Source: Aquificales bacterium
Lineage (GTDB): Bacteria > Aquificota > Aquificia > Aquificales > Aquificaceae
Direction of reading: 5' to 3'
Length of the DNA stretch: 24,000 nt
Assembly: GCA_027037055.1 (NCBI GenBank)
Contig: JALWBR010000018.1
Location: 13,923-37,922 of the forward strand
A model generated the notes under the pieces. The model ran no database searches. It worked only from the letters and a program-made list of their open reading frames with translations, and was not told the DNA's origin. How positions within the stretch are numbered: position 1 is the stretch's first letter; every line of letters begins with the position of its first letter. Of this stretch, positions 1 to 8,183 are shown in pieces. Both the position numbers and the translations under genes were made by a program.

Positions 1-1
1 A

Positions 2-331
2 GACTTTGAAAGATGGATAAACGAACCTCATAAGGTTGTATTTCCGGAAGGGGAAAGTTTGAGAGATGTTTATAAAAGGGTGAGTGATTTTATTGAATAT
101 ATTAAAAAAAATTACAGGGGTAAAACCGTCTTGGCGGTATCCCATACCGTGCCTATAAGGTGTATGTACTGCGCGCTTCTCAATGTAGATCTGGCAAGAT
201 TTTGGGGATTCGGCTGTGACAATGCCTCTTACTCTACGGTGTTCATAGAAGATGACAGATCTGTAATAAACAGGTTAAATATTACATGTCATTTGGGGGA
301 ACTATATGTGGAAGCTCATCAGGCTCTTTAG
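2..331 (+). CDS. Histidine phosphatase family protein (phosphoglycerate-mutase-like), 5' truncated by window edge
   Basis: Frame is open from base 2 (DFERWINEPHKVVFPEGESLRDVYKRV...); 'GKTVLAVSHTVPIRCMYCALL' matches the second catalytic-His region of the family. The track's TTG at 59 is internal. Confidence 0.75.
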   Translation, partial: DFERWINEPHKVVFPEGESLRDVYKRVSDFIEYIKKNYRGKTVLAVSHTVPIRCMYCALLNVDLARFWGFGCDNASYSTVFIEDDRSVINRLNITCHLGELYVEAHQAL

Positions 332-2867
332 CTTTCTTCTTTTGGTTTTATCCGTCCTTTCCTACAGTAAGGACGAGCTTAAAAGGGGATTCAATATAAA
401 GGTAAAGGTTGTGGGTAGGATCTATGAGGAAAAGCCGAAGCTTGAGCCTCCCGCAAAATTAAAGGTTGAAGAGGAAGGAGTTTTAAACTTAAGTAACAAG
501 CTCCTTGAACCTCCAAAATCCATGGAATTTGCCCATATTGAAGAGATTGAAGCAAAGGGATTTTTGGGATGCGGGGAACCGGAAGACAGGACGAACTATC
601 GCTACGGTGTTATGGAATTCAAGGAAGGGAACTTTGAAGATGCAAAGTATTACTTGGAGAATGTTATTTCTGTAAATTCTCCCTTTTCCGGTATGGCTAA
701 ATATGTTCTCGGCATAATAGAGTATAAAAATAAAAAGGAAAGGAAAGCCTTAGACCTGTTTGCGGATGCCTGCGACACACCCCATATATACAGGGATGCA
801 TCCTGTGAAGCATATTATGCCCTGAAATTCAGGCTTGACGGTAGTCCCGTTGATACGGACCGTGAACTGTGGAAACAGGTTTATGAAATTTACACGGATG
901 GAGAATCTGGTATTCCAGATTGTTCCGGTGTAACCTTTAAAAGATACTGCAGGTATATAAGGGATTTTGTTGAAGGCAGGGAAAATGTAGAATACAGGGA
1001 CAGCACGAGGGTAAGGAGGGCTATTGTATTAATAAGGGAAGGCAATACTGAAAAGGCGATAAATATATTAAAGGAGGAGATAAAACCGTTAAAACCCTTC
1101 AGGGACATAGCCCTTTACTATATATCCCTTGCCTACATAAAAGAAGGCAATAGGGAAGAAGCAAAGAAATATATATCCCTACTTGAAACCTTTAATCCCG
1201 AATATGCTGCAAACTTATACTCCCTACTTTCAAAGGAGAATCTCATATACTCAAGGCTCGCCTACGCCATAACTGGCTCAAAGGAATTCCTTATAAGATC
1301 TGGAAAGATTGCTTACAACAGGGGAGATTACGAAGGAGCCTATTCAAACTTTATGCAGGCAGGAGACTATGAAAATGCCCTCTACGCGGCGGTAAAGATG
1401 GAAGACTATAACCTTGCACTGAAAACTTTAAAGAAGTGGAAAAGGAAAAATGCAACATATTACAGATGGCTCCTTGAAAGCCTCTATTGGCTTGAAAAGG
1501 ACAAGGAATTAAAAAAGGTTCTTACAAAAATAAGAAAAGCCCATCCCGGTTTGTATAGGGAGTATATGGGATGGTATCACTTTAAGAAGGGGAACTGGGA
1601 AAAGGCATACAAGTATTTCAAAGATCCTTACTATAAAGCCATAGCCCTCTTTAATATGGGCGAATACATGAAGGTTATTGAAACATTGAAAGATAAAAAT
1701 GACAAGAGATCAAGGATACTTAAGGCAAAATCCGCTATTTCTGTAGGTAACGGAAAGTTGGCAAGGGAGTTCCTGCTTAATGATACGGATGAGGAAATAT
1801 ATCTTAAAGGTCTAAGTTACTTCATAGAAAACCGTTATTCAAGGGCGGTAAGTTACTTTCAACGCATCTCTGAAAGGAGCAGATTAAAACCCAGAGCCTT
1901 ATTGAAGGAAGCGGATGCTTACTACAATCTTGGGAATATATCAAAGGCTAAAAGTCTTTATACAAAGGTGATGAAGGAATATCCGGATTCTGAAGAGGCG
2001 ATGAGTGCAACCCTTGCCTTAATACAGCTTGAACTTCAAAGGCCAGAAGGCAACCTCAAGGAGCTTATAACAACCTTTGTAAGCAAATATCCCGACTCAC
2101 CCATAGTAAACGATCTCTACTATCAACTCGGGGAAATATACACAAAAGAGGGGAACAGGGAAAAGGCAAAGGAGGTTTACGAAAAGCTTATTGATACGGA
2201 GTATGGAGAAAAGGCAAAGCTGAGACTTGCCCAGCTTGAAGAGGATGAAGAAACAAAAATAGAAAAGCTCCAAAAGTTAATAAAGGAATCGGAAGATCCA
2301 GAGGTCAGAGAGGAGGCAAGAAAGTCCCTTATGGCAATATACAAGCAAAGGGGAGATATAACAAACTTTGCGGAGCTTCTTGCTCAGGGGAGTATAGAGG
2401 ATAAAAAGGAAGCTATCAAGGCTTACATCTCCGTAGGAGAAGGGGAAAAGGCGGTTGACCTCTTTAACAGTATAGTTGAAAAGGGATATATGGATGAAGA
2501 CCTAAGAAGGATAAGCATAGACATATATACGGTCACGAACGATCCCAAGTATCTCTCTTATGCAAAGGAAAGTGAAGAGGATGAAACCAAGGCTAAAGCT
2601 TACTATCTTGCGGGTATGCATTATAAGAATGAGGGTAACAAGAAGAAAGCCCTTGAAGAGTTTGTAACCGTTACCATTCTGACACCGGATATCCAACCCT
2701 ATTACAACAGTAGCATTCTTGAAAGTGTTGATATACTAATAAGCATGAAAGCCAGAAAGGATGCTTCATGTCTATTGGAAAAGCTTGATCCGGAAACTTT
2801 ATCCGAGGAAGAGAGGGGGAAGTACAGATACTACAAGGATAAACTACCACCTTGTGAGGTGAAATAA
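306..2867 (+). CDS. Large secreted/periplasmic tetratricopeptide-repeat protein (853 aa)
   Basis: N-terminal signal-like hydrophobic stretch (MWKLIRLFSFLLLVLSVLSYS) followed by many TPR-like units (e.g. ALLKEADAYYNLGNISKAKSLYTKVMKEYPDSEEA). Confidence 0.8.
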   Translation: MWKLIRLFSFLLLVLSVLSYSKDELKRGFNIKVKVVGRIYEEKPKLEPPAKLKVEEEGVLNLSNKLLEPPKSMEFAHIEEIEAKGFLGCGEPEDRTNYRYGVMEFKEGNFEDAKYYLENVISVNSPFSGMAKYVLGIIEYKNKKERKALDLFADACDTPHIYRDASCEAYYALKFRLDGSPVDTDRELWKQVYEIYTDGESGIPDCSGVTFKRYCRYIRDFVEGRENVEYRDSTRVRRAIVLIREGNTEKAINILKEEIKPLKPFRDIALYYISLAYIKEGNREEAKKYISLLETFNPEYAANLYSLLSKENLIYSRLAYAITGSKEFLIRSGKIAYNRGDYEGAYSNFMQAGDYENALYAAVKMEDYNLALKTLKKWKRKNATYYRWLLESLYWLEKDKELKKVLTKIRKAHPGLYREYMGWYHFKKGNWEKAYKYFKDPYYKAIALFNMGEYMKVIETLKDKNDKRSRILKAKSAISVGNGKLAREFLLNDTDEEIYLKGLSYFIENRYSRAVSYFQRISERSRLKPRALLKEADAYYNLGNISKAKSLYTKVMKEYPDSEEAMSATLALIQLELQRPEGNLKELITTFVSKYPDSPIVNDLYYQLGEIYTKEGNREKAKEVYEKLIDTEYGEKAKLRLAQLEEDEETKIEKLQKLIKESEDPEVREEARKSLMAIYKQRGDITNFAELLAQGSIEDKKEAIKAYISVGEGEKAVDLFNSIVEKGYMDEDLRRISIDIYTVTNDPKYLSYAKESEEDETKAKAYYLAGMHYKNEGNKKKALEEFVTVTILTPDIQPYYNSSILESVDILISMKARKDASCLLEKLDPETLSEEERGKYRYYKDKLPPCEVK

Positions 2868-2868
2868 G

Positions 2869-3483
2869 ATGGAACAGCTTCTTGATTTTTTAAGTAAGGC
2901 GGGTTATGTAATCTATCCCCTTATAATACTTTCCATCTTCTCATGGTTCATCATAATTGAAAGGGCTTTTAACTTAAGGGCATCAAAATTTATTCCTAAG
3001 AATATAAACGATATTAAAAATCTTATCCACAGGGGTGACATAGACGGAGCGATGAAGCTGGCATCTTTAAGTCACGATCCTTTCAGCAGGGCATTAAGTA
3101 CGGTTCTTCAAGAGTATGAAAAGGGCAGGAGAAACAAGATACACCTAAGTCAGATTGCTGAAACAGAGCTTGTTTCCGTGGTCCCTCTTGTTGAAAAAAA
3201 TCTTCTCCTGCTGTCAGCCATTGCATCAATAGCCCCACTGCTTGGCCTTTTTGGAACAATAACGGGGCTTATAAAAGTATTTTCAGCCTTTGCAATCTCC
3301 GAAGCGGAGGAAGGAGTAACCCTCCTTGCCTCTGGAATAAGCGAGGCTTTAACGGCAGCGGCAGCGGGATTGATAGTTGCCATACCCGCCCTGTTCGCCT
3401 ATTGGATCTTCCGTGCTGTGGGCGATAAAATATTGGCGAAGATTGAGAATTCTTTTAAGGAAATACTGGAGATCTTAGAATGA
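2869..3483 (+). CDS. MotA/TolQ/ExbB proton channel family protein
   Basis: 'LSAIASIAPLLGLFGTITGLIKVFSAF...LASGISEALTAAAAGLIVAIPALFAY' is the ExbB/TolQ core; followed directly by an ExbD/TolR gene. Confidence 0.93.
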   Translation: MEQLLDFLSKAGYVIYPLIILSIFSWFIIIERAFNLRASKFIPKNINDIKNLIHRGDIDGAMKLASLSHDPFSRALSTVLQEYEKGRRNKIHLSQIAETELVSVVPLVEKNLLLLSAIASIAPLLGLFGTITGLIKVFSAFAISEAEEGVTLLASGISEALTAAAAGLIVAIPALFAYWIFRAVGDKILAKIENSFKEILEILE

Positions 3484-3881
3484 ATCTGCGGAAGGGAAGA
3501 AGACTATCAAGGGATGAGAGGGCTTACATAGATGTGGTACCCATAGTGGATATACTTCTCGCTGTTTTCCTTTTCTTGGCAATCCTTGCCTTCCAATCTC
3601 CCATGACCTTCATAGCGGTAAAGCTACCCTTTGCAGAACACGGCGAAAAGGGAGCCATAAGTATAATGAAGATACAAGTTACCGCTGACGGATCTTACAG
3701 AATGGGAGGAAAAAGGCTAAGCATATCAGAAATAGATAAAAGGATTAAAAAGGTAAAACCCACATCCATAATAATAGAGGCGGATGAAAGGGCTCAGCAC
3801 AAGTTTGTTGTTCAACTTATGGATATAGCGAAGAAAAATAAGGTGGAAGATCTCGTAATTGCAACAAGAACGAGAAGGTAA
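3480..3881 (+). CDS. ExbD/TolR family biopolymer transport protein
   Basis: Single N-terminal TM with 'IDVVPIVDILLAVFLFLAI', typical periplasmic ExbD/TolR domain; overlaps the ExbB gene by 4 nt. Confidence 0.9.
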   Translation: MNLRKGRRLSRDERAYIDVVPIVDILLAVFLFLAILAFQSPMTFIAVKLPFAEHGEKGAISIMKIQVTADGSYRMGGKRLSISEIDKRIKKVKPTSIIIEADERAQHKFVVQLMDIAKKNKVEDLVIATRTRR

Positions 3882-4648
3882 TGTTTTTCGCGAAAAAAAT
3901 AATCTCCTACTTTATCTTACCCCCGGGGATTTACATAATCCTGTTCCTTCTTATATACCTTCTTTCAAAAAGGAAAACGGTAAAATACATATCTCTTTTA
4001 TCAGCTGTAAGCTTATATCTTATTTCCATTGAACCCGTTAAAGATCTACTTCTCCTTCCTCTGGAAAATATGTATAAAAGACCGAAGGAATTAAGGGGTG
4101 ATATCATCGTAGTTCTGGGAGGAGGAGCCTATAACACGGGATATCTTAAAGAGGATTCAACAAAAAGACTTATAACGGGATTCCTTCTCCATAAAAAGAC
4201 GGGACTTCCTCTCCTCCTGTCAGGAGGTTCCGCCCTGAACAATCTGCCAGAATCAAGTATTATGAAGCAGTTTCTTATAGAGCTGGGCGTTGACAGGAGG
4301 CTTATTTTTACGGATCAGAAGAGCAGGGACACGAGGGAAAATGCTAAATATGTTAAAGAACTGTGTAAAAGAATAAACTGTAAAAGGATAATCCTTGTAA
4401 CCTCCGCCTATCACATGTACAGATCGGTTTATACCTTTGAAAGGGAAGGACTTGATGTCATACCTTATCCTACGGATTATAAAACGGACAGAAAATATAA
4501 CCTTTTCAGCTTCTTTCCTAAGATGAGCGCCTTAAAGGACTCTTACAGGGCAATAAGGGAATATATAGGTATTATTTTTTACAGGTTAAGAGTAGAGTCT
4601 GTCTCCCATATCACCGAGTCCTGGTATTATAAACCCCCTGCTGTTTAA
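3881..4648 (+). CDS. YdcF/SanA/ElyC (DUF218) family membrane protein
   Basis: Two N-terminal hydrophobic segments; 'DIIVVLGGGAYNTG', 'GLPLLLSGGSALN', 'SRDTRENAKYVKELC', 'RIILVTSAYHMYRSVYTFEREG'. Confidence 0.88.
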   Translation: MFFAKKIISYFILPPGIYIILFLLIYLLSKRKTVKYISLLSAVSLYLISIEPVKDLLLLPLENMYKRPKELRGDIIVVLGGGAYNTGYLKEDSTKRLITGFLLHKKTGLPLLLSGGSALNNLPESSIMKQFLIELGVDRRLIFTDQKSRDTRENAKYVKELCKRINCKRIILVTSAYHMYRSVYTFEREGLDVIPYPTDYKTDRKYNLFSFFPKMSALKDSYRAIREYIGIIFYRLRVESVSHITESWYYKPPAV

Positions 4649-5200
4649 TCCCTCATCAACCGAAAGGGTATAAAGTGTTAAACCATTACAGATCCTCTCC
4701 ACCCTTTCCAAACCTTCCGGAGATGCAACGAGATGGACGCTTATTATATCAGCGGGATTGCCTTCCTTTATAACTTCCCATACCTTAATAAGGGTTCCTC
4801 CCGTTGCAAGCATAGGATCAAGGATAATCACCCTTTTACCTTCAACCTCTGGTAATCTAACATACTGTATATGCGTTTCAAGGGTTTCCTCATCCCTCTT
4901 GGCACCGATAAATCCCCCCTCAGCTTGTAAAAACATCTCAAGGGCGGACTCAAGCATGGGCAAACCCGCCCTTAACACACCGACAAAGGTTATCCTACCA
5001 GTATCTATGAATTCAAATTTTCTTTTCCCCACCCAAGTCTCAATCTCCCTTTCCTTTATCTCAGCCTTTCTGAACACTTCCCCGAGCAGGATCTTTGTTA
5101 TCTCCCTTAAAAGATGTCTCATAAGAGGGGGTTCAGTACCTTTATCCCTCATAAGATTGAGCATGTGAGTTGCAAGATCGTTCTCTATAAGCTTTACCAT
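4586..5200 (-). CDS. upp: Uracil phosphoribosyltransferase
   Basis: 'GVLRAGLPMLE', 'VIILDPMLATGGTLIKV' (PRPP loop), C-terminal 'IPGLGDMGDRLYS'. Start placed at 5200 (MVKLIEND); the longer track ORF to 5371 reads back into ribD. Confidence 0.95.
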   Translation of the reverse strand: MVKLIENDLATHMLNLMRDKGTEPPLMRHLLREITKILLGEVFRKAEIKEREIETWVGKRKFEFIDTGRITFVGVLRAGLPMLESALEMFLQAEGGFIGAKRDEETLETHIQYVRLPEVEGKRVIILDPMLATGGTLIKVWEVIKEGNPADIISVHLVASPEGLERVERICNGLTLYTLSVDEGLNSRGFIIPGLGDMGDRLYS

Positions 5201-5218
5201 GGTGTTATATTGTAGAAT

Positions 5219-6313
5219 ATGCAAGCCCGTGAAGGCTATATGAAGCTCGCCCTTGATCTTGCAAAAAAGGCACAAGGTGCAACCCATCCCAACCCTGCGG
5301 TAGGGTGTGTTATTGTAAACAGGGGGAGGATAGTTGGGCTCGGTTATCACAAAAGGGCGGGAGAACCCCACGCGGAGATAATCGCTTTAAGGATGGCGGG
5401 AGAAAAGGCAAAAGGGGGAGAAATGTATGTGACGCTGGAACCTTGTTCCCATCATGGGAAGACGCCTCCGTGTACAGAGGCAATTATAAAATACGAAATA
5501 AAAAGTGTTTACATAGGTATAGAGGATCCAAATCCCCTTGTCCACGGATCTGAATACTTAAAATCTAAGGGTGTTAGGGTTGCAAAGGATATATTAAAGG
5601 AAGAGTGCTTTGAGATAAACAAGGATTTTTTCACATATATACTGAAAGACAGACCGTACATAACACTCAAGGTAGCCCAGAGTATTGACGGCAGCGTTGC
5701 AACGGAGGAAGGGGACAGTAAATGGATATCCTCCTTTGAAAGCAGAAGGTATGTACACAGGCTGAGGGTTACATCAACCGCCATAATGGTGGGGGCAAAT
5801 ACTGTAATAAAGGATAATCCAGAACTTACCGTAAGATACATAAAATCCGCAAGACAACCAATAAGGATTGTTATTGACCCCTCCCTTAAAACAGATCCTT
5901 CCTCAAAGATATATGACACCGCTACAGCTCCCACAATAATAGTTGCTTCTTCCTCCAATCCAGAGAAGGAAAGGATATTTGAATCAAAAGGTGTGGAGGT
6001 TGTACATATAAAGAGAAAAGGCGAATTTGTTGATGTTAAAGAGCTTATGAGATTTCTGGTAAACAGGGGTATAGTTCATTTGCTCGTAGAGGGAGGTCCT
6101 TACCTTCACCGCTTTTTCATTGAAGAGGGTATATATGACAGAATCATAGTCTTTACTTCCCCCCTTCTCATAGGAGGTATGCATCTTGTCCTTAAGGGAA
6201 TAAAAGGCATAAAGGAAGCCCCTTCCCTCGATCTCCGATCCGTAAAGAGGATAGGAAGTAATGCAGTTATTGAACTAAGAAACAAGGATCACCTAAAACC
6301 TTATCAACTTTAA
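5219..6313 (+). CDS. ribD: Bifunctional diaminohydroxyphosphoribosylaminopyrimidine deaminase / 5-amino-6-(5-phosphoribosylamino)uracil reductase
   Basis: Deaminase motifs 'HPNPAVGCVIV', 'HAEIIAL', 'MYVTLEPCSHHGKTPPCTEAII'; reductase part 'RPYITLKVAQSIDGSVAT', 'LLVEGGPYLHRFFIEEG'. Confidence 0.96.
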   Translation: MQAREGYMKLALDLAKKAQGATHPNPAVGCVIVNRGRIVGLGYHKRAGEPHAEIIALRMAGEKAKGGEMYVTLEPCSHHGKTPPCTEAIIKYEIKSVYIGIEDPNPLVHGSEYLKSKGVRVAKDILKEECFEINKDFFTYILKDRPYITLKVAQSIDGSVATEEGDSKWISSFESRRYVHRLRVTSTAIMVGANTVIKDNPELTVRYIKSARQPIRIVIDPSLKTDPSSKIYDTATAPTIIVASSSNPEKERIFESKGVEVVHIKRKGEFVDVKELMRFLVNRGIVHLLVEGGPYLHRFFIEEGIYDRIIVFTSPLLIGGMHLVLKGIKGIKEAPSLDLRSVKRIGSNAVIELRNKDHLKPYQL

Positions 6314-6690
6314 CTACACGCCTCCATAATTTCCTTTATAAGGTTTTCAACCTCTTCCGCAACTCCCTTAAGCTCGGGTTCCTTATACAGATCTATCATG
6401 TAGGTGGGCTTTATGGTGCTGAGTATATATCTGTTACCGTCCTGTATTATGGATATCCTGCAGGGTAAAGCGGTTGATATATAAGGGTTCTTCTTCAAAA
6501 CTTCGCTCGCAGCCCTCGGCATGCAAACCTCATAAATTACAAGGGTATAGTCAATAGGAAATCCCTTATTTTCAAGAATGTTGTTAACCTCATGAACAGC
6601 CATAACACCGAATCCTTTTTCCTTCGCTTTTTCTTCAAGGGTTTTCCTTATATCCTCAAGGCTTTTGGAAGATTCAACATTTATAAGCAT
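6310..6690 (-). CDS. DUF302 domain-containing protein
   Basis: 'GFGVMAVHEVNNILENKGFPIDYTLVIYEVCMPRAASEVLKKNPYISTALPCRISI' resembles the DUF302 fold and motif pattern. Confidence 0.8.
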   Translation of the reverse strand: MLINVESSKSLEDIRKTLEEKAKEKGFGVMAVHEVNNILENKGFPIDYTLVIYEVCMPRAASEVLKKNPYISTALPCRISIIQDGNRYILSTIKPTYMIDLYKEPELKGVAEEVENLIKEIMEACS

Positions 6691-6695
6691 CGCCT

Positions 6696-7127
6696 TTACC
6701 TCCTTGAGATAAATTTTAGAATATTAAGATATATTTTATCAATTATTTCATTAACCGCCTTCTTCCTGTAAAGATCACCCACCGCACCCGTAGGTTGCCT
6801 GTAAGGGGCAAAGCCCGTAAAGGTTTCCCTTTTATCTCCTAAAACCATTTCAAGCTCTATACTGAGATTATAAGAACTTATCCTTCCCTTTGATGTGTAT
6901 GCTATGGGTCTTTCCTCCACCCTTTTTATTATGACATCTAAGGGTACAGAAGGTTTTTTGCAGGACGGCTTATAACCGCTTTCCAAGAGTGCCCTCTCCA
7001 CCCTTTTTCTTACTATTATCTTTATATATTTCTCCCTCGGGAAATCTCCTTTAACACTTATACATACTCTCTTCTCCGTAGGAAAGGAAAAACCTATCAT
7101 GAAGAAAAGGACAATCAAGAACTGCAT
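6696..7127 (-). CDS. Hypothetical secreted protein (143 aa), weak LptE-like layout
   Basis: ORF with N-terminal signal-like segment, packed in the rsmD-coaD run; C-terminal 'DLYRKKAVNEIIDKIYLNILKFIS' helix after beta-rich 'SYNLSIELEMVLGD'. Confidence 0.6.
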   Translation of the reverse strand: MQFLIVLFFMIGFSFPTEKRVCISVKGDFPREKYIKIIVRKRVERALLESGYKPSCKKPSVPLDVIIKRVEERPIAYTSKGRISSYNLSIELEMVLGDKRETFTGFAPYRQPTGAVGDLYRKKAVNEIIDKIYLNILKFISRR

Positions 7128-7600
7128 CCGAACTTTTCCCTTAACTTAGTCTCAACATAAGGATGTACCATACCTTTCAAGTTTCCGCAGTAAGAGGCTA
7201 TATCCCTTACTATCGTTGAGCTTATATGGATATACTCCTGGGAGGGCATCATAAAAATTGTTTCAACACCAGCAAGCTTGTAGTTTGTCATGGCTATCTG
7301 AAGCTCATATTCAAAATCTGTAAAAAGCCTTACACCCCTTACTATAATTTTTATACCTTCCCCTCTCATAAAATCAACAAGAAGAGAATCAAAACCCTTT
7401 ACCTTAACCCTTTCACCGAAGGGTTCCACCATCCTTTTAAACATATCAAGTCTTTCCTCCTGTGTAAACAGAAGGTGTTTTCTCGGATTCTTAGCAACAG
7501 CCACAACCACTTCACTAAATATATCAAGGGCCCTTTTAACTATATCAAGATGCCCCAGATGAGGGGGATCAAAGGTTCCCGGATAAACAACCTTACTCAT
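7115..7600 (-). CDS. coaD: Phosphopantetheine adenylyltransferase
   Basis: 'VVYPGTFDPPHLGHLDIVKRAL', 'KIIVRGVRLFTDFEYELQIAMTNYKL', 'YIHISSTIVRDIA'. Confidence 0.97.
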   Translation of the reverse strand: MSKVVYPGTFDPPHLGHLDIVKRALDIFSEVVVAVAKNPRKHLLFTQEERLDMFKRMVEPFGERVKVKGFDSLLVDFMRGEGIKIIVRGVRLFTDFEYELQIAMTNYKLAGVETIFMMPSQEYIHISSTIVRDIASYCGNLKGMVHPYVETKLREKFGCSS

Positions 7601-8051
7601 CCTTTATCCACACAGATAAAGCGGTATCCCCGTAAACCTTTCTCTTATCCGCATCAAAATACTTCCTCTTATCATGCTCAAGTATAAACAAACCTCCCTT
7701 TTCCAACCTTGAAAGGGCAAGATCTATAAGCTCCGCATATCCGCTGTAATCGTAGGGAGGATCCGCAAATATAATATGATAGGTTGATTTATCCCTCTTC
7801 AGGAAGGAAAGAGCATCTCCTTTTACGAGCTTACCTTTAACCTTCCCCTTCAAATTTTTAATATTCCCCCAGCTTATATCAACGAAGGTTACATCCGCTC
7901 CCAACTCTTCCGCCTTCTTACCTATCTGTCCAGTACCACAAAACAGATCAAGAAATTTTTTACCTCTTATATCACCGACTATGTTAAACAAGGCATTCTT
8001 CACTATAGAAGAGGTAGGTCTTAATTTGTATTTAGATCTTGTATTTTTCAC
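7593..8051 (-). CDS. rsmD: 16S rRNA (guanine(966)-N(2))-methyltransferase RsmD-like, GTG start
   Basis: 'LRPTSSIVKNALFNIV', 'FLDLFCGTGQIGKKAEELGA', 'IIFADPPYDY'; adjacent to coaD, a common arrangement. Confidence 0.88.
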   Translation of the reverse strand: MKNTRSKYKLRPTSSIVKNALFNIVGDIRGKKFLDLFCGTGQIGKKAEELGADVTFVDISWGNIKNLKGKVKGKLVKGDALSFLKRDKSTYHIIFADPPYDYSGYAELIDLALSRLEKGGLFILEHDKRKYFDADKRKVYGDTALSVWIKDE

Positions 8052-8067
8052 AATTTAGTATTATACT
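8039..8067 (+). promoter_or_regulatory. Putative sigma70-type promoter for the speD operon: TTGTAT-N17-TATACT
   Basis: TTGTAT at 8039-8044, 17-nt spacer, TATACT at 8062-8067; -35 matches 3/6 and -10 matches 5/6 of consensus. Confidence 0.5.
8060..8065 (-). promoter_or_regulatory. Putative -10 element (TATAAT) for rsmD
   Basis: Minus-strand TATAAT, 8 nt upstream of the GTG at 8051; overlaps the plus-strand -10 inside the inverted repeat AGTAT-T-ATACT (8057-8067). Confidence 0.45.
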
Positions 8068-8099
8068 TTTTTATCCTTCCAAAAGGAGGTGACTTTGTT

Positions 8100-8183
8100 A
8101 TGGGTACTTTTGTGTTTAATGTCTTCAAAAATCTTTCCAGGGAGGACAGAAAATGGCAAAGACCCTCGGACTGCATATCTTAG
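8100..8183 (+). CDS. Putative 27-aa leader peptide / upstream ORF of speD (MGTFVFNVFKNLSREDRKWQRPSDCIS)
   Basis: ATG at 8100 preceded by AAAAGGAGGTGA (8081-8092); in-frame TAG at 8181-8183; overlaps speD start (8153) in a different frame. Confidence 0.5.
   Translation: MGTFVFNVFKNLSREDRKWQRPSDCIS

Noticed and set aside
4758-5168. 136-aa plus-strand ORF antisense to upp
   Set aside because: Inside conserved upp with no domain support.
5201-5371. N-terminal extension of the upp ORF to 5371 in the supplied track
   Set aside because: The extra 57 residues are antisense to ribD's conserved N-terminus and do not look like Upp; start at 5200 fits the family.
5509-5958. 149-aa minus-strand ORF antisense to ribD
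   Set aside because: Entirely inside conserved ribD; hydrophobic shadow translation.
7226-7687. 153-aa plus-strand ORF antisense to coaD/rsmD
   Set aside because: Overlaps two well-supported conserved genes; translation is composition-biased with no domain.
8100-8183. Classic -1 frameshift signal joining the uORF to speD
   Set aside because: No X_XXY_YYZ heptamer; only an isolated AAA. speD has its own well-spaced SD, so independent or coupled initiation is the simpler reading.
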